DNA from: Gammaproteobacteria bacterium
Lineage (GTDB): Bacteria > Pseudomonadota > Gammaproteobacteria > Eutrophobiales > Eutrophobiaceae
Direction of reading: 5' to 3'
Assembly: GCA_965243205.1 (NCBI GenBank)
Contig: CBDEUK010000002.1
Span: 1,728,001 to 1,792,000 of the forward strand
DNA length: 64,000 nucleotides
Under the pieces are notes generated by a model, which saw only the letters and a list, made by a program, of their open reading frames with translations, searched no databases and was not told the DNA's origin. Below are positions 20,392-34,172 of this stretch, piece by piece. The first letter of the stretch is position 1. The number at the start of each line of letters is the position of its first letter. Both the position numbers and the translations under genes were made by a program.

Positions 20392-21106
20392 TTTTCTTTA
20401 AATTTAAATATACAAACAAAAAACATAAGATTGTTGCAAAGGAAAACCATTGAAATGCATAACCATAATGTTTTTCTTTACCATTTCCTGGCTCGGGCCA
20501 GATTCGAAAATAACCTTGTTGTGAATCATTAACCACCCTAACCACAAAAGGTTCTAATTTTAATTTTAGTTTTTCTTCTAATTGAGAAAAATCTATGTTT
20601 TGAACTCGGAAAGTATTTTTATCAAATTCTTCTATTTCCGTTTTACCTAATTTTATTCCTGAAAATTGTGGGTATTTTATATGCCCTATGTGAACTTCAC
20701 TTTCAGAAAACGTTTTTAAATCTGGAATAACATTCCGTCTTTTATTCGCAGAAACCCAGCCAAAATTTAACATGATAATTTTATTATTGGATTCTAATTG
20801 AAGCGGCTTATAAACATAATAACCAGCATCAGTGTTGACAATTTTGTTATCAAGTAAAATATTGATGTCTTCTACAAAACGGCCTTTTACACCAACTTTG
20901 CGCCAGATCATATCTTCTATATTAGAACTGTCTTTGACAAGTTGATCTAAGCTAACAACCGAACTATTTCTTTTACCAATATAATCTTGGTATAGTCTTT
21001 CTTTTTGTTCCGCCCGATCCAGTTGCCAAAACCCAAGTTTTAAGAAAATAGGCAATAGTAAAATAAATGAAACGGTTGGTAACAAGCTTGGCTGAAACTT
21101 ATACAT
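20384..21106 (-). CDS. SURF1 family protein
   Basis: LGFWQLDRA, N.GWV, KHYGYAFQWF. Confidence 0.93.
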   Translation of the reverse strand: MYKFQPSLLPTVSFILLLPIFLKLGFWQLDRAEQKERLYQDYIGKRNSSVVSLDQLVKDSSNIEDMIWRKVGVKGRFVEDINILLDNKIVNTDAGYYVYKPLQLESNNKIIMLNFGWVSANKRRNVIPDLKTFSESEVHIGHIKYPQFSGIKLGKTEIEEFDKNTFRVQNIDFSQLEEKLKLKLEPFVVRVVNDSQQGYFRIWPEPGNGKEKHYGYAFQWFSFATILCFLFVYLNLKKNV

Positions 21107-21156
21107 AGAACCTTAAATCAAAACAAAGCTAACAATCATCTAAAATTTACACACCT

Positions 21157-21378
21157 ATGGAACCACAACTTATATTCAAACTGGTCGTTTTAACTATTCT
21201 ACTGCTTATTATGATATCTCTAGCAAGCGGAATGTTCTTTTTGATTAAAGACAAAGGAAAAAAGAATCGTACTTTAAACTCCTTAAAGTTCCGCATTAGT
21301 CTTTCTATTTTATTGTTTGTCTTGCTTTTAATAGGCATGAAAATGGGCTGGTTAATGCCTCATGGACTGCCACGTTAA
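21157..21378 (+). CDS. Twin-transmembrane small protein (DUF2909-like)
   Basis: SLASGMFFLIKD...L..RI.LS..LF...G...PH; typical antisense position between coxC and SURF1. Confidence 0.85.
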   Translation: MEPQLIFKLVVLTILLLIMISLASGMFFLIKDKGKKNRTLNSLKFRISLSILLFVLLLIGMKMGWLMPHGLPR

Positions 21379-21392
21379 ACCTTCATAAATAC

Positions 21393-21416
21393 AAAAGGCG
21401 CCATAAGACGCCTTTT
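21393..21416. terminator. Bidirectional intrinsic terminator between DUF2909 gene and coxC
   Basis: AAAAGGCGCC-ATAA-GACGCCTTTT; GC stem with T tracts on both strands between convergent genes. Confidence 0.8.
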
Positions 21417-21439
21417 ATACAATTCCATTTCTAACACTT

Positions 21440-22315
21440 TTAAATCATATAGACAAAGATAAATAGCCCCAACCAAACCACGTCTACAAAGTGCCAATAC
21501 CAAGCAACCCCTTCAAAAGCAAAGTGGCTCTCAGGACTAAAATGGCCTTTCAATGAACGGAAATAGATCACTAATAACATAGTCGCGCCCATCGTTACAT
21601 GAAAGCCGTGAAAGCCCGTCAACATGTAAAATGTAGAGCCATAGGTTCCAGAGCTCATTTTTAAGTTCAAATGCTCATAAGCATGGTGATACTCTGAAGC
21701 TTGTAAATATACGAATAAGAAACCTAATAAAACAGTGGCAAGTAACCACCAACATAAACCTGAACGATTATTATGTTTGAGGGCATGATGGGCAATTGTA
21801 ACCGTCACACCTGAAGCTAATAAAATAATAGTATTGATTAAAGGAAGATCATTCCAAGGAATTACTTCTTCAAATACATCAAATTTGCTTGGATCAGGCA
21901 TCACATGAAGTGGCCAGCTAGGCACGAAATCTTCCCATAGGAACTGATTCGTAACAAAACCAGAGCCTTCGCCACCTAACCAAGGAATTGAAAATGCACG
22001 GATGTAATAAAGTGCACCAAAGAAGGCAGCAAAAAACATAACTTCAGAGAAAATAAACCAGCCCATACCCCATCTAAAACTGATATCAACTTGTTTGTTA
22101 TAACTCCCCGCCAAGCTTTCATCTATAACATCTGAAAACCAACCAACAAACATGTATACCACCAAGGCAATACCAAAACCCAAGACGAATGTCCCAAACG
22201 ATGAGCCATTTAGCATCAAAGCTGCACCAACAAATGATGTAAATAATGCTATAGAACCTACAACAGGCCACTGACTCGGTTCTGGAATGTAATATTCACC
22301 ATGCGAACTAGACAT
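21440..22315 (-). CDS. coxC: Cytochrome c oxidase subunit III
   Basis: FIFSEVMFF, FYMLTGFHGFHV, WYWHFVDVVW. Confidence 0.97.
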   Translation of the reverse strand: MSSSHGEYYIPEPSQWPVVGSIALFTSFVGAALMLNGSSFGTFVLGFGIALVVYMFVGWFSDVIDESLAGSYNKQVDISFRWGMGWFIFSEVMFFAAFFGALYYIRAFSIPWLGGEGSGFVTNQFLWEDFVPSWPLHVMPDPSKFDVFEEVIPWNDLPLINTIILLASGVTVTIAHHALKHNNRSGLCWWLLATVLLGFLFVYLQASEYHHAYEHLNLKMSSGTYGSTFYMLTGFHGFHVTMGATMLLVIYFRSLKGHFSPESHFAFEGVAWYWHFVDVVWLGLFIFVYMI

Positions 22316-22347
22316 AGTTATTCCTCTATTTTTTTATGTTGTTAAAA

Positions 22348-22923
22348 CTAAATCTTGGATTTAATTTCCAAGACCCTCTCATTGGTTTTTGAAGCATTTT
22401 CTTTATTCGGTACTTCAAAAAAAGTATAAGACAATACTAATGAGCCAAAACGTTTTGGGAGGTTAGTTCCTACAACAAACTTAACCACCATTTCCTTTGT
22501 TTCTCCTGGCTCTAAGCGCTGCTCATCAAAACAAAAACATTCGGTTTTATTAAAAAATACCGAAGCTTGCGATGGTGCAACACTAGGTATTGCTCTACCA
22601 ACAATCGCTTTATTTGAGTTATTCACGACTGTAAATTTCGCTTCCCCAAGCTCACCTGGGTGAACTTTGACTTTTCTTTCAACCGCTTTGAAGTCCCAAG
22701 GCAATGAACGTGTATTTGTATCAAACTGAATAACAACGTCTCTTGATAGATCAATATCGACCTCTTGAGCCTCTTCAACTGCAATTTCACCGGTTTTACC
22801 ATTAAGTCCAGTAACTTCACAAAATACGTTATATAAAGGTACTAATAAATAACCAAAACCAAACATTGCAACGGCAACTATTGCTAATCTGGATGCTGTT
22901 TGATTAATAGAACCACCAAACAT
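22348..22923 (-). CDS. ctaG: Cytochrome c oxidase copper assembly protein Cox11/CtaG
   Basis: VPLY.VFCEVTG, KTECFCF, LSYTFF. Confidence 0.95.
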   Translation of the reverse strand: MFGGSINQTASRLAIVAVAMFGFGYLLVPLYNVFCEVTGLNGKTGEIAVEEAQEVDIDLSRDVVIQFDTNTRSLPWDFKAVERKVKVHPGELGEAKFTVVNNSNKAIVGRAIPSVAPSQASVFFNKTECFCFDEQRLEPGETKEMVVKFVVGTNLPKRFGSLVLSYTFFEVPNKENASKTNERVLEIKSKI

Positions 22924-22926
22924 TAA

Positions 22927-23070
22927 TTAAGCGCCCATGGATTTCATATATTGCAAAAAGATAAAACCAAAATATACAAAAACAGCAAACAAACCCAACC
23001 CTATTGCCAATCTTATATTGGCAGCATCCCTTGCTGCCTTGTCATCTTGTAAATCTTTTTTATCTGACAT
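22927..23070 (-). CDS. 47-aa single-TM cytochrome oxidase small assembly-type protein (not in ORF track)
   Basis: Hand translation MSDKKDLQDDKAARDAANIRLAIGLGLFAVFVYFGFIFLQYMKSMGA*; fills the coxA-ctaG gap, co-oriented. Confidence 0.75.
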   Translation of the reverse strand: MSDKKDLQDDKAARDAANIRLAIGLGLFAVFVYFGFIFLQYMKSMGA

Positions 23071-23082
23071 ATATCGTTGCTA

Positions 23083-24684
23083 TTAAGTGCGCACCGCCGT
23101 CGTATCCGTAATTGTAGGAGGCGTTGTAAAGCTATGGTATGGAGGAGGTGAAGACAAGGTAAACTCCAGACCCTTAGCACCTTCCCAAACTTCATCTGTG
23201 GCTTTCGCGCCACCACGCACAGTTTTAATTACGATGTAGACAAACAGTAGCTGTGTTATACCAAAGGCAAACCCGCCAACACTAGAGATCATGTTCCACT
23301 CAGCAAACTGGATTGAATAATCAGGGATACGTCGTGGCATACCCGCTAATCCTAAGAAATGTTGAGGGAAGAACAATACGTTGACTGAAATGGTAGACAA
23401 CCAGAAATGTAGTTTACCTAAGCCTTCGTCATACATATTGCCGGTCCATTTAGGTAACCAGTAATAAGCTGCTGCAAATAATGAGAATACCGCGCCTGTT
23501 ACCAATACATAATGGAAGTGAGCTACTACGAAATAAGTATCGTGATATTGGAAATCAACTGGAGTAATCGCCAACATTAAGCCAGAGAATCCACCGATTG
23601 AGAACAGAATTACGAAAGCTAATGAAAATAGCATTGGAGTTTCAAAGGTCATAGAACCTTTCCACATGGTCGCAACCCAGTTAAAAATCTTAACCCCTGT
23701 TGGCACCGCAATCGACATCGTTGCATACATAAAGAACAATTCTCCAGCTAGTGGCATGCCGACAGTAAACATATGGTGAGCCCAAACGAAGAACGATAAG
23801 AATGCAATCGCCGCAGTTGCATATACCATTGACTCATATCCAAATAGAGGTTTACGAGCAAAGGTAGGGATAATTTGCGAAACGATACCAAACGCAGGAA
23901 GAATCAAAATATACACTTCAGGATGACCAAAGAACCAGAAAACGTGCTGGAATAATACTGGGTCACCACCACCTGCAGCATCAAAGAATGATGTACCAAA
24001 GTATTTATCGGTCAATAACATGGTTACCGCACCAGCAAGTACTGGTAATGACGCGATTAATAAGAACGCTGTAATAATCCAGGTCCAAACAAATAAAGGT
24101 AATTTCATAAAGGTCATACCAGGCGCGCGCATATTAAATACAGTCGCAATGATATTGATCGCACCCATAATGGATGAAATACCTAAGAAGTGGACAGTAA
24201 AAATTAAGAATGGAAATGCATCACCTAATTGTAAAACCAGTGGTGGGTACATAGTCCAGCCACCGGCAGGTGCACCACCTGTCATAAACAATGTAGACAA
24301 TAGAATGGTGAAGCCAAACGGAAGAATCCAGAAACTCATATTATTCATGCGAGGCATTGCCATATCAGGCGCACCAATCATGATAGGAATCATCCAGTTT
24401 GCCAAACCAACGCCTGCAGGCATTACCGCACCGAAAATCATAATCAGCGCATGCATAGTCGTCATTGAGTTGAAAAACTGCGGGTCAACATACTGAATAC
24501 CCGGTTGAAACAATTCTGCGCGGATGACCATTGCCATCGCCCCGCCGATAAAAAACATAATTAATGCAAACACCAAATACATGGTGCCGATGTCTTTATG
24601 GTTGGTAGAAAATAACCAACGACCTATGCCTGTTGGCTTGTGGTCATGATCATGATGATCATCGTGTGTGGCTGCATGACTCAT
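23083..24684 (-). CDS. coxA: Cytochrome c oxidase subunit I (A1 type)
   Basis: [32 protein letters not shown]. Confidence 0.98.
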   Translation of the reverse strand: MSHAATHDDHHDHDHKPTGIGRWLFSTNHKDIGTMYLVFALIMFFIGGAMAMVIRAELFQPGIQYVDPQFFNSMTTMHALIMIFGAVMPAGVGLANWMIPIMIGAPDMAMPRMNNMSFWILPFGFTILLSTLFMTGGAPAGGWTMYPPLVLQLGDAFPFLIFTVHFLGISSIMGAINIIATVFNMRAPGMTFMKLPLFVWTWIITAFLLIASLPVLAGAVTMLLTDKYFGTSFFDAAGGGDPVLFQHVFWFFGHPEVYILILPAFGIVSQIIPTFARKPLFGYESMVYATAAIAFLSFFVWAHHMFTVGMPLAGELFFMYATMSIAVPTGVKIFNWVATMWKGSMTFETPMLFSLAFVILFSIGGFSGLMLAITPVDFQYHDTYFVVAHFHYVLVTGAVFSLFAAAYYWLPKWTGNMYDEGLGKLHFWLSTISVNVLFFPQHFLGLAGMPRRIPDYSIQFAEWNMISSVGGFAFGITQLLFVYIVIKTVRGGAKATDEVWEGAKGLEFTLSSPPPYHSFTTPPTITDTTAVRT

Positions 24685-24737
24685 AAAAATATTCCTCGTC
24701 TTAGCAAACTTCTATTCTAATAAATTAATCTTAAACT

Positions 24738-25895
24738 CTATCTCGCTGCGGCTACATCAGCAGGTTGTACAATATCACCCGTATCATTACCCCAAGCATT
24801 ACGCTCATAGGTAATAACTGCTGCTAGCTCCTCATCATTTAACTGAGGGCCATAAGCCGCCATAGCTGTACCGTCTTTACCATTAATAACGATATCTAAA
24901 TGAGCGGCTTTATCTTCAGTTGCGATTTGACTACCAGCTAGAGCTGGGAATGCACCTGGGATACCTGCACCATTTGCTTGGTGACATACAGCACATTGGG
25001 TTCCATAAACCTTTTCGCCCGCCGCCATTAACTCATCCATAGTACAGTCGGCTGCGGCACATAAGCTTTCGCCTGCAGCAGATTTTTTCTCTTCGACCCA
25101 AGCTGCATACTTTTCTGGAGAAACAGCTTCGACAACGATGGGCATAAACCCATGGTCTTTACCGCAAAGCTCGGCACATTGGCCACGATACACACCTTCT
25201 TCTTCGATATAGGTCCAGTTGTCATTAATAAAGCCTGGTATAGCGTCCCGTTTCCAACCTAGATCAGGTACCCACCAAGCATGTAACACATCTGCTGCAG
25301 TGGTAAGAATTCGAATTTTCGTATTAGTAGGAACAACAACACGATTATCAACATCCAATAAGTAATTTTCATGCTCAAAAGGATCCATTCCAGATTCCAT
25401 TTGGCGGATATCATTACTTTTAGTATCTAACACACTGAAAAAACCAAAATCATCTTCCATATATTGATAATGCCATTTCCACTGATAACCCGTTACTTTA
25501 ATGGTGATGTCAGCATCACCTGTTGCTTCCATTTTCACTAGTGTTTTTGTCGCAGGAACAGCCATTACAACTAAAATTAAGATTGGAATAATGGTCCAAA
25601 CAATTTCTGCTGTTGTGTTGTGATGGAATTGAGATGCGACGGCACCTTTTGATTTTCTGTGATTAAGTATTGACCAAAACATAGCACCAAAGACTAAAAT
25701 CGCAATCACTGTGACCACATATAATATGATCATGTGCAAATCGTAGACTTCTTTACTAATTGGTGTGACACCCTGAGGCATGTTTAAACCGTATTCAGCG
25801 GCAGCTGGACCAGCAAAAAACACTAAAACAAGGGCGATACTTGCAATAAAAGATTTTAAAAGCTTATTGGCATACATGTAGCTTTCCTCAGCCAT
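24738..25895 (-). CDS. coxB: Cytochrome c oxidase subunit II with fused cytochrome c domain
   Basis: GYQWKW, DVLH, CuA motif CAELCGKDHGFM, C-terminal CAVCH. Start could be the downstream MYANK. Confidence 0.97.
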   Translation of the reverse strand: MAEESYMYANKLLKSFIASIALVLVFFAGPAAAEYGLNMPQGVTPISKEVYDLHMIILYVVTVIAILVFGAMFWSILNHRKSKGAVASQFHHNTTAEIVWTIIPILILVVMAVPATKTLVKMEATGDADITIKVTGYQWKWHYQYMEDDFGFFSVLDTKSNDIRQMESGMDPFEHENYLLDVDNRVVVPTNTKIRILTTAADVLHAWWVPDLGWKRDAIPGFINDNWTYIEEEGVYRGQCAELCGKDHGFMPIVVEAVSPEKYAAWVEEKKSAAGESLCAAADCTMDELMAAGEKVYGTQCAVCHQANGAGIPGAFPALAGSQIATEDKAAHLDIVINGKDGTAMAAYGPQLNDEELAAVITYERNAWGNDTGDIVQPADVAAAR

Positions 25896-25921
25896 AATTA
25901 TAAGGTTAATAATTCTATTTT

Positions 25922-26401
25922 TTACGTCTGAGTCAATGCTTTAACCAAGGTTTTAGCAAGTCCTCGACGCTCCTCTTCATTTAAAAATTTTCCGATCTCG
26001 AGCTGCAAGCCTTTCGATCGAAGAACTAAGCGACTAGGGTGCCATGTATGATCTGGCATCTCCAAGATCACTTTTGTCCATGCTTGATGAAACTGGTAGG
26101 TATTTTCTAAAACTCTGTGGCCTTTTTCTACTGCAATGTTCTCACCGTCTATCGTAATGACTTCTTTTGCCGTTGATTTCCATGCAGTTATGTACAAGGC
26201 ATAACCCAAAAATATCATTTCAACGCCAGCATAAGGCAATATAAACGGTAATCCATTCACGAAAAACCACAACCCAATAGAAATCGTGATTGTGGTAATT
26301 ATAAAGAAAAAAGCTAACAGCCCCTCCCAACTCATCGCACGATTCGGTCTAATAATGAGCTGTTTTGTGCTGTTTCCAACACTTCTTACCTCATCTATCA
26401 A
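25922..26401 (-). CDS. DUF2244-like membrane protein
   Basis: RPNRAMS, two TMs, EIGKFL..EER..LA..L; upstream of coxB; TTG start. Confidence 0.8.
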   Translation of the reverse strand: MIDEVRSVGNSTKQLIIRPNRAMSWEGLLAFFFIITTITISIGLWFFVNGLPFILPYAGVEMIFLGYALYITAWKSTAKEVITIDGENIAVEKGHRVLENTYQFHQAWTKVILEMPDHTWHPSRLVLRSKGLQLEIGKFLNEEERRGLAKTLVKALTQT

Positions 26402-26564
26402 AGGTTACTCCCGAAACCTTATAACAACAATTGATATCGTGCTCAATTTTGCTTTCGGAACTATGCCTATACTGTTCAAAATATGCAAGTTTTTGTGAAA
26501 CATAGATATATAATTGAAAGATAATTATATTTAGTCAAAATAAGTCTATTAAGTTAAAAAAGCA

Positions 26565-27239
26565 CTAAAAATATTGGCAAACTTTCCTAAAATCATGGCC
26601 ATCATGATTTATATCTCTATTCTCCATTTTACCTATCTGTTGAATTGGCATTTTATCTACTAACGTATTTATTACTTCACTAGACTCTTTGAGTTCTCGT
26701 AATGGTCCGTTTGAAACCCAGCCCAAAATCTTAACATTATCATTTAACATAACTTCTGCTGTTAATAATGCATGATTTATACAACCTAATTTTAGCTCAA
26801 CAACTAATATAACGGGTATATTTAGATAATTGACTAGATCGACTGCCGAATAATCGTCTGACAAAGGGCTTCGCCAACCACCAGCACCTTCTACGACAAG
26901 CACATCACCTAAAGCCGCTAATTTTTTATAGTTTTCTTGAATATTGGTCAAAGAAAGCGGTTTTTTTATTTGCTTCGCAGCAATATTGGGCGAAACCGCT
27001 GGTTCATATACATATGGATTATGAACCTTATAGTCTAATTGCTCGGAGCTCGCGGCAATTAAATTTGCTGCATCTTCATTGATCAATTTACCTTCTAATT
27101 TTTTTGCATCACTGGCAACAGGTTTATAACCAATGACTTTTTTTCCTTTTAGCTTCAGTTCTTTCATTAACTGAACCGCTACTACCGTTTTTCCAACTTC
27201 GGTATCTGTTCCTGTGATAAAAACACCTTTAGCACTCAT
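26565..27239 (-). CDS. bioD: Dethiobiotin synthase
   Basis: FITGTDTEVGKT, KPVAS, VEGAGGW, LGCINHALLT. Confidence 0.96.
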   Translation of the reverse strand: MSAKGVFITGTDTEVGKTVVAVQLMKELKLKGKKVIGYKPVASDAKKLEGKLINEDAANLIAASSEQLDYKVHNPYVYEPAVSPNIAAKQIKKPLSLTNIQENYKKLAALGDVLVVEGAGGWRSPLSDDYSAVDLVNYLNIPVILVVELKLGCINHALLTAEVMLNDNVKILGWVSNGPLRELKESSEVINTLVDKMPIQQIGKMENRDINHDGHDFRKVCQYF

Positions 27240-28093
27240 AGCATTCTTTTCTTAATGTTCTCAACAGGGATATTGATTTGATTACCCTGTTTGTTTTCAG
27301 CAGTCCAAGCTAGACCATAGATAACTTCGTAGGTCAGCGGCAATTTTCCAGCCGTTTCAAATTTTTCATAATTCTTTTTAAATTGATTCCAATCCTGTTT
27401 TGAGGTTAAATTTTTATTTCTTTTTTTATGAACATTACTAGCACCCACTTTTTTTATGCTGTTCGAAACTTGTTTAATGCTGTCATATTTCATAACCATC
27501 GTATCCACACTCAAAACAGGGTCATCAAAACCAACGGTCATTAATGCATCGCCATATTTTCGTATATCATAAAATTTATGTGTTTCTGTTTTATTGGTAA
27601 ATGCCCATGCTGTACGAAACTCTTTCATGCTGTTTTCGCCCAATGTCGAAAAGATCATGACGCCATCAGGTTTCAACAATGATCGTATTTCTCTAAACAC
27701 CTCTACAAAATCTTCTGACCATTGCAAACATAATGAGGAAAAAATTAAATCAACAGAATTATGTTTAAATGGCAAAGCTTGGATGTCAGTTTGAACAAAT
27801 TTATCTTTATATAATTGCCAGCGTTGTTTCTTTGCAGCCTGCTTTAACATCTGAAAAGATAAATCAGACTGTATTAATGTTGCTTTAGGATACAGTTTTT
27901 TTAATGTCTTCGACGCCAACCCTGTCCCAGAACCTAGATCAATAATCGTTTTTGGTTTTATCACCAGATAGTTTAATTGATCTAATAATTCATTAAGCAC
28001 GATCTTCTGTACGACGGCATGCTCATCATAAGTGGTTGCCGCTCGATCAAAATTATTTTTTAATCGCGTTTTATCTAATAATTTATCGATCAT
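27236..28093 (-). CDS. bioC: Malonyl-ACP O-methyltransferase
   Basis: F.RAA.TYD..A.VQ, DLGSGTG, SL.LQW, TYEVIYG. Confidence 0.93.
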   Translation of the reverse strand: MIDKLLDKTRLKNNFDRAATTYDEHAVVQKIVLNELLDQLNYLVIKPKTIIDLGSGTGLASKTLKKLYPKATLIQSDLSFQMLKQAAKKQRWQLYKDKFVQTDIQALPFKHNSVDLIFSSLCLQWSEDFVEVFREIRSLLKPDGVMIFSTLGENSMKEFRTAWAFTNKTETHKFYDIRKYGDALMTVGFDDPVLSVDTMVMKYDSIKQVSNSIKKVGASNVHKKRNKNLTSKQDWNQFKKNYEKFETAGKLPLTYEVIYGLAWTAENKQGNQINIPVENIKKRML

Positions 28094-28826
28094 AATCTTT
28101 CAATACTTTCATGATTGTTTCGGCAACTAATTCTGGCGAACTTATAAACGGGATATGATCAGAGTTTGATAAAAATGAATATTTAATTTTTTTGTTATTA
28201 AACGGCTTAAGTTTATAAAGATTTTTATTAATTAACATATCATTTTCGCTATAACAAAGAACTGTTTGTATCTTTACACTCTCCAACTCACTTCTTAAAT
28301 CTACTTCTTTTAATAACTTTAAGCCTTGCAATAATTTTTCAGACTCAAGATTGTCAGGCGAAATAATTTTTTTAATTGTTTTTAAAGATTCTTTTTGTTT
28401 GGTCGCCCCATGTGTAATCAATGAATAAAAACGGTTCAGTGTAGAAACTTTATTATTTGTTAATTCGGCTATCATTTTTGTTATGAGTGTCTCTTCAACA
28501 CCATATTGCCACTCTGTCTTATTTACAAAACACGGATTGAAACAAATCAAACATAATAAATGATCGTTTTGTGTAAGTTTGGTACTTAGCCTTATAGAGA
28601 TTAAGGCCCCTAACGACCAGCCGATAATTAAACTGTTTGGTTTAATTATTTTAGTTAACTTACTACAACAGTCTTCTAAAAGACTTTCAGAATTTAATGT
28701 TGTATCAAAACACTCAAACAGGCTTATAGTTTGAACATCATATTCACTGAAATACTGATTAATGAATTCTTTCCAGATTTGTTCATCAAAACCCCAGCCA
28801 TGTAAAAAAACTAACGGTCTTTTCAT
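28083..28826 (-). CDS. bioH: Pimeloyl-ACP methyl ester esterase (alpha/beta hydrolase)
   Basis: LHGWG, GWSLG, H.PF.S; between bioF and bioC. Confidence 0.85.
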   Translation of the reverse strand: MKRPLVFLHGWGFDEQIWKEFINQYFSEYDVQTISLFECFDTTLNSESLLEDCCSKLTKIIKPNSLIIGWSLGALISIRLSTKLTQNDHLLCLICFNPCFVNKTEWQYGVEETLITKMIAELTNNKVSTLNRFYSLITHGATKQKESLKTIKKIISPDNLESEKLLQGLKLLKEVDLRSELESVKIQTVLCYSENDMLINKNLYKLKPFNNKKIKYSFLSNSDHIPFISSPELVAETIMKVLKDYDR

Positions 28827-29971
28827 TGTTTGTTTATTTCTACTAATGCATCCATCAATTCATCAAGATGTTTCTTTTCATGTGCTGCAGTAATGGTTAT
28901 ACGAATTCTTGCTGTATTAACTGCGACAGTTGGTGGTCGTATAGCAACAGCTAAAATATTTTTCCTTTTTAATCCTTCACTGGTTTCCAGTGTTTTTTGA
29001 TTAGGCCCTATTTGTAATATTTGAATAGGTGTATTTGATTTTTTTAAATCCAAACCGTTTTCGTTTGCTATTTTTTGAAAATATTTAATGGATTGATTTA
29101 ATTTATCTCTTCTCCATGGTTCTTCTATTGATAGGCTAATTGCCTTTGATGCCGTTGCAACTAAAGCAGCAGGGAGAGATGTTGTATAAATTAATGATCG
29201 GCTTTTTTGTATCATCAACTCTATTGCTTCTGTCTTGCCACAAACAACAGCACCATAGCCGGCCAAGGCTTTGCCGAAAGTTATTAATAATAAATATGGT
29301 CGATCGTCTTTTTCAAAAAACTCAGTGATGCCTTTTCCTTTTTCACCGATCACCCCAAAGCCATGTGCATCATCAAGAATGATTTTTGAATTTGTCTTTG
29401 AAGAAATAGATTTTATATTTTTTATATCTATAACATCTCCATCCATACTAAACACAGAGTCGCTATATAAGAATTTTGTATAATTTTTATGCTGTTCGGA
29501 ATAACTTAAAACTGAAGAATAATTTAAATGCGGATAACGTTTATAGTTTGTACCAGAAAGCTTTAATCCATCATACATAGACGCATGATTCAGTTTATCA
29601 ATATACACCATAGAATCTTTATCAAATAAAGCCTGTTGGATTCCAAGATTTGCCATATAGCCATTGCCAAATAACAATGCTTTTTCATAGCCAAGCAGTT
29701 CTGCGATTTGTTCTTCTAATATTTTATGTGGTTTTTGATAACCACAAATTAACTGTGAAGAACTAGAACTTGTACCATATTTATTTAGTGCTTCATTAAA
29801 TGTTTTTTTTAATTCTTTATGGCTTGATAAACCTAAATAATCGTTTGAACAAAAATTTAGATGTTTTTTTCCTTTTATATAACTATATACACCATCATTT
29901 GATTCAACTTCTATTCGTGATCGATAGGCATTATCTTGCCTTAATTTATCAAGTTGTCTAACAACATCCAT
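28823..29971 (-). CDS. bioF: 8-amino-7-oxononanoate synthase
   Basis: FCSNDYLGL, GYMAN, NHAS, FSMDGD, DDAHG, TFGKA, IRPPTV. Confidence 0.96.
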   Translation of the reverse strand: MDVVRQLDKLRQDNAYRSRIEVESNDGVYSYIKGKKHLNFCSNDYLGLSSHKELKKTFNEALNKYGTSSSSSQLICGYQKPHKILEEQIAELLGYEKALLFGNGYMANLGIQQALFDKDSMVYIDKLNHASMYDGLKLSGTNYKRYPHLNYSSVLSYSEQHKNYTKFLYSDSVFSMDGDVIDIKNIKSISSKTNSKIILDDAHGFGVIGEKGKGITEFFEKDDRPYLLLITFGKALAGYGAVVCGKTEAIELMIQKSRSLIYTTSLPAALVATASKAISLSIEEPWRRDKLNQSIKYFQKIANENGLDLKKSNTPIQILQIGPNQKTLETSEGLKRKNILAVAIRPPTVAVNTARIRITITAAHEKKHLDELMDALVEINKQ

Positions 29972-29989
29972 TAAGCAAGCAAATAATTT

Positions 29990-30964
29990 TTATTGAGATG
30001 TAATTCCAAGACGCTCGAATAATATTCTGTCTTGTTTAAGTAAAGGGTTTTCGGTTGTTAGTAACTTTTCACCATAAAAAATTGAATTAGCGCCAGCAAA
30101 AAAACACATTGCTTGTAACTCATCCGTCATTTCTGTTCTGCCGGCAGAAAGCCTTACATAAGATGCTGGCATTAAAATTCTTGCTGTTGCTATTGTTCTT
30201 ACGAATTCGATTGGATCCAAATCTGCTTGATGATCTAAAGGAGTTCCTTCAACTTTAACCAACATATTAATCGGAACACTTTCTGGGTGTTTAGGCATCG
30301 TAGCTAATGTCAGCAATAAACCAAACCGATCCTTTTTTTCTTCTCCCATACCAATGATTCCACCACTACAGACATTTATCCCTGAATCTCTTACTCTTTC
30401 TAAGGTATTTAAACGATCGTCGTAATCTCTAGTGGAAATAATCTTTTCATAATATTCACGAGAACTATCCAAATTATGATTGTAATAATCCAAACCAACT
30501 TTAGATAAACGTTGCGTTTGATCTTCCGTTAGCATTCCCATCGTTAAGCAAGACTCCATTCCTAATGATTTAACCGCTGTGACCATCTCTAACACTTTAA
30601 CGAAATCTTTTTCTTTTGGGCTTCTCCAGGCGGCGCCCATGCAAAACCGTGTGGCGCCTTCTGCTTTGGCCTTTTGCGCCTGATCAAGCACCTGTTCCAG
30701 TTCAATTAACGCATCTGCTTTTACATCAGTTTTATAATGCGCGCTCTGAGGACAATATGAACAATCTTCAGGACAACCACCGGTTTTTATATTCATTAAG
30801 GTGCTAAGCTGTACTTCGTTGTGATTAAAAAATTGTCGATGTATTTGTTGGGCCTTAAATAACAAGTCATTCAATGGCTGTTCATAAATTTCTCGTATTT
30901 CTTCAATAGACCAATTTGAACGAATCGAATGGTTCACATCATTGTCTGTGATTTTTTCTAGCAT
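29990..30964 (-). CDS. bioB: Biotin synthase
   Basis: [37 protein letters not shown]. Confidence 0.98.
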   Translation of the reverse strand: MLEKITDNDVNHSIRSNWSIEEIREIYEQPLNDLLFKAQQIHRQFFNHNEVQLSTLMNIKTGGCPEDCSYCPQSAHYKTDVKADALIELEQVLDQAQKAKAEGATRFCMGAAWRSPKEKDFVKVLEMVTAVKSLGMESCLTMGMLTEDQTQRLSKVGLDYYNHNLDSSREYYEKIISTRDYDDRLNTLERVRDSGINVCSGGIIGMGEEKKDRFGLLLTLATMPKHPESVPINMLVKVEGTPLDHQADLDPIEFVRTIATARILMPASYVRLSAGRTEMTDELQAMCFFAGANSIFYGEKLLTTENPLLKQDRILFERLGITSQ

Positions 30965-31015
30965 ATGAGTTAATGTTTAAAGTTATTTCGTAAAACTAAA
31001 TGGAGTTGTATCGTC

Positions 31016-34155
<3,140 letters not shown>

Positions 34156-34172
34156 TTACCTTATCAATTCAA

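Noticed and set aside
23013-23216. 67-aa minus-strand ORF from the track
   Set aside because: Out-of-frame overlap with the coxA 3' end; the ORF at 22927-23070 fits the gap better.
24640-24684. His/Asp-rich N-terminus of CoxA
   Set aside because: Common in proteobacterial subunit I proteins.
26431-26446. FNR-like TTGAT...CTCAA upstream of the cox operon
   Set aside because: Spacing is 6 rather than 4 and the second half-site is imperfect.
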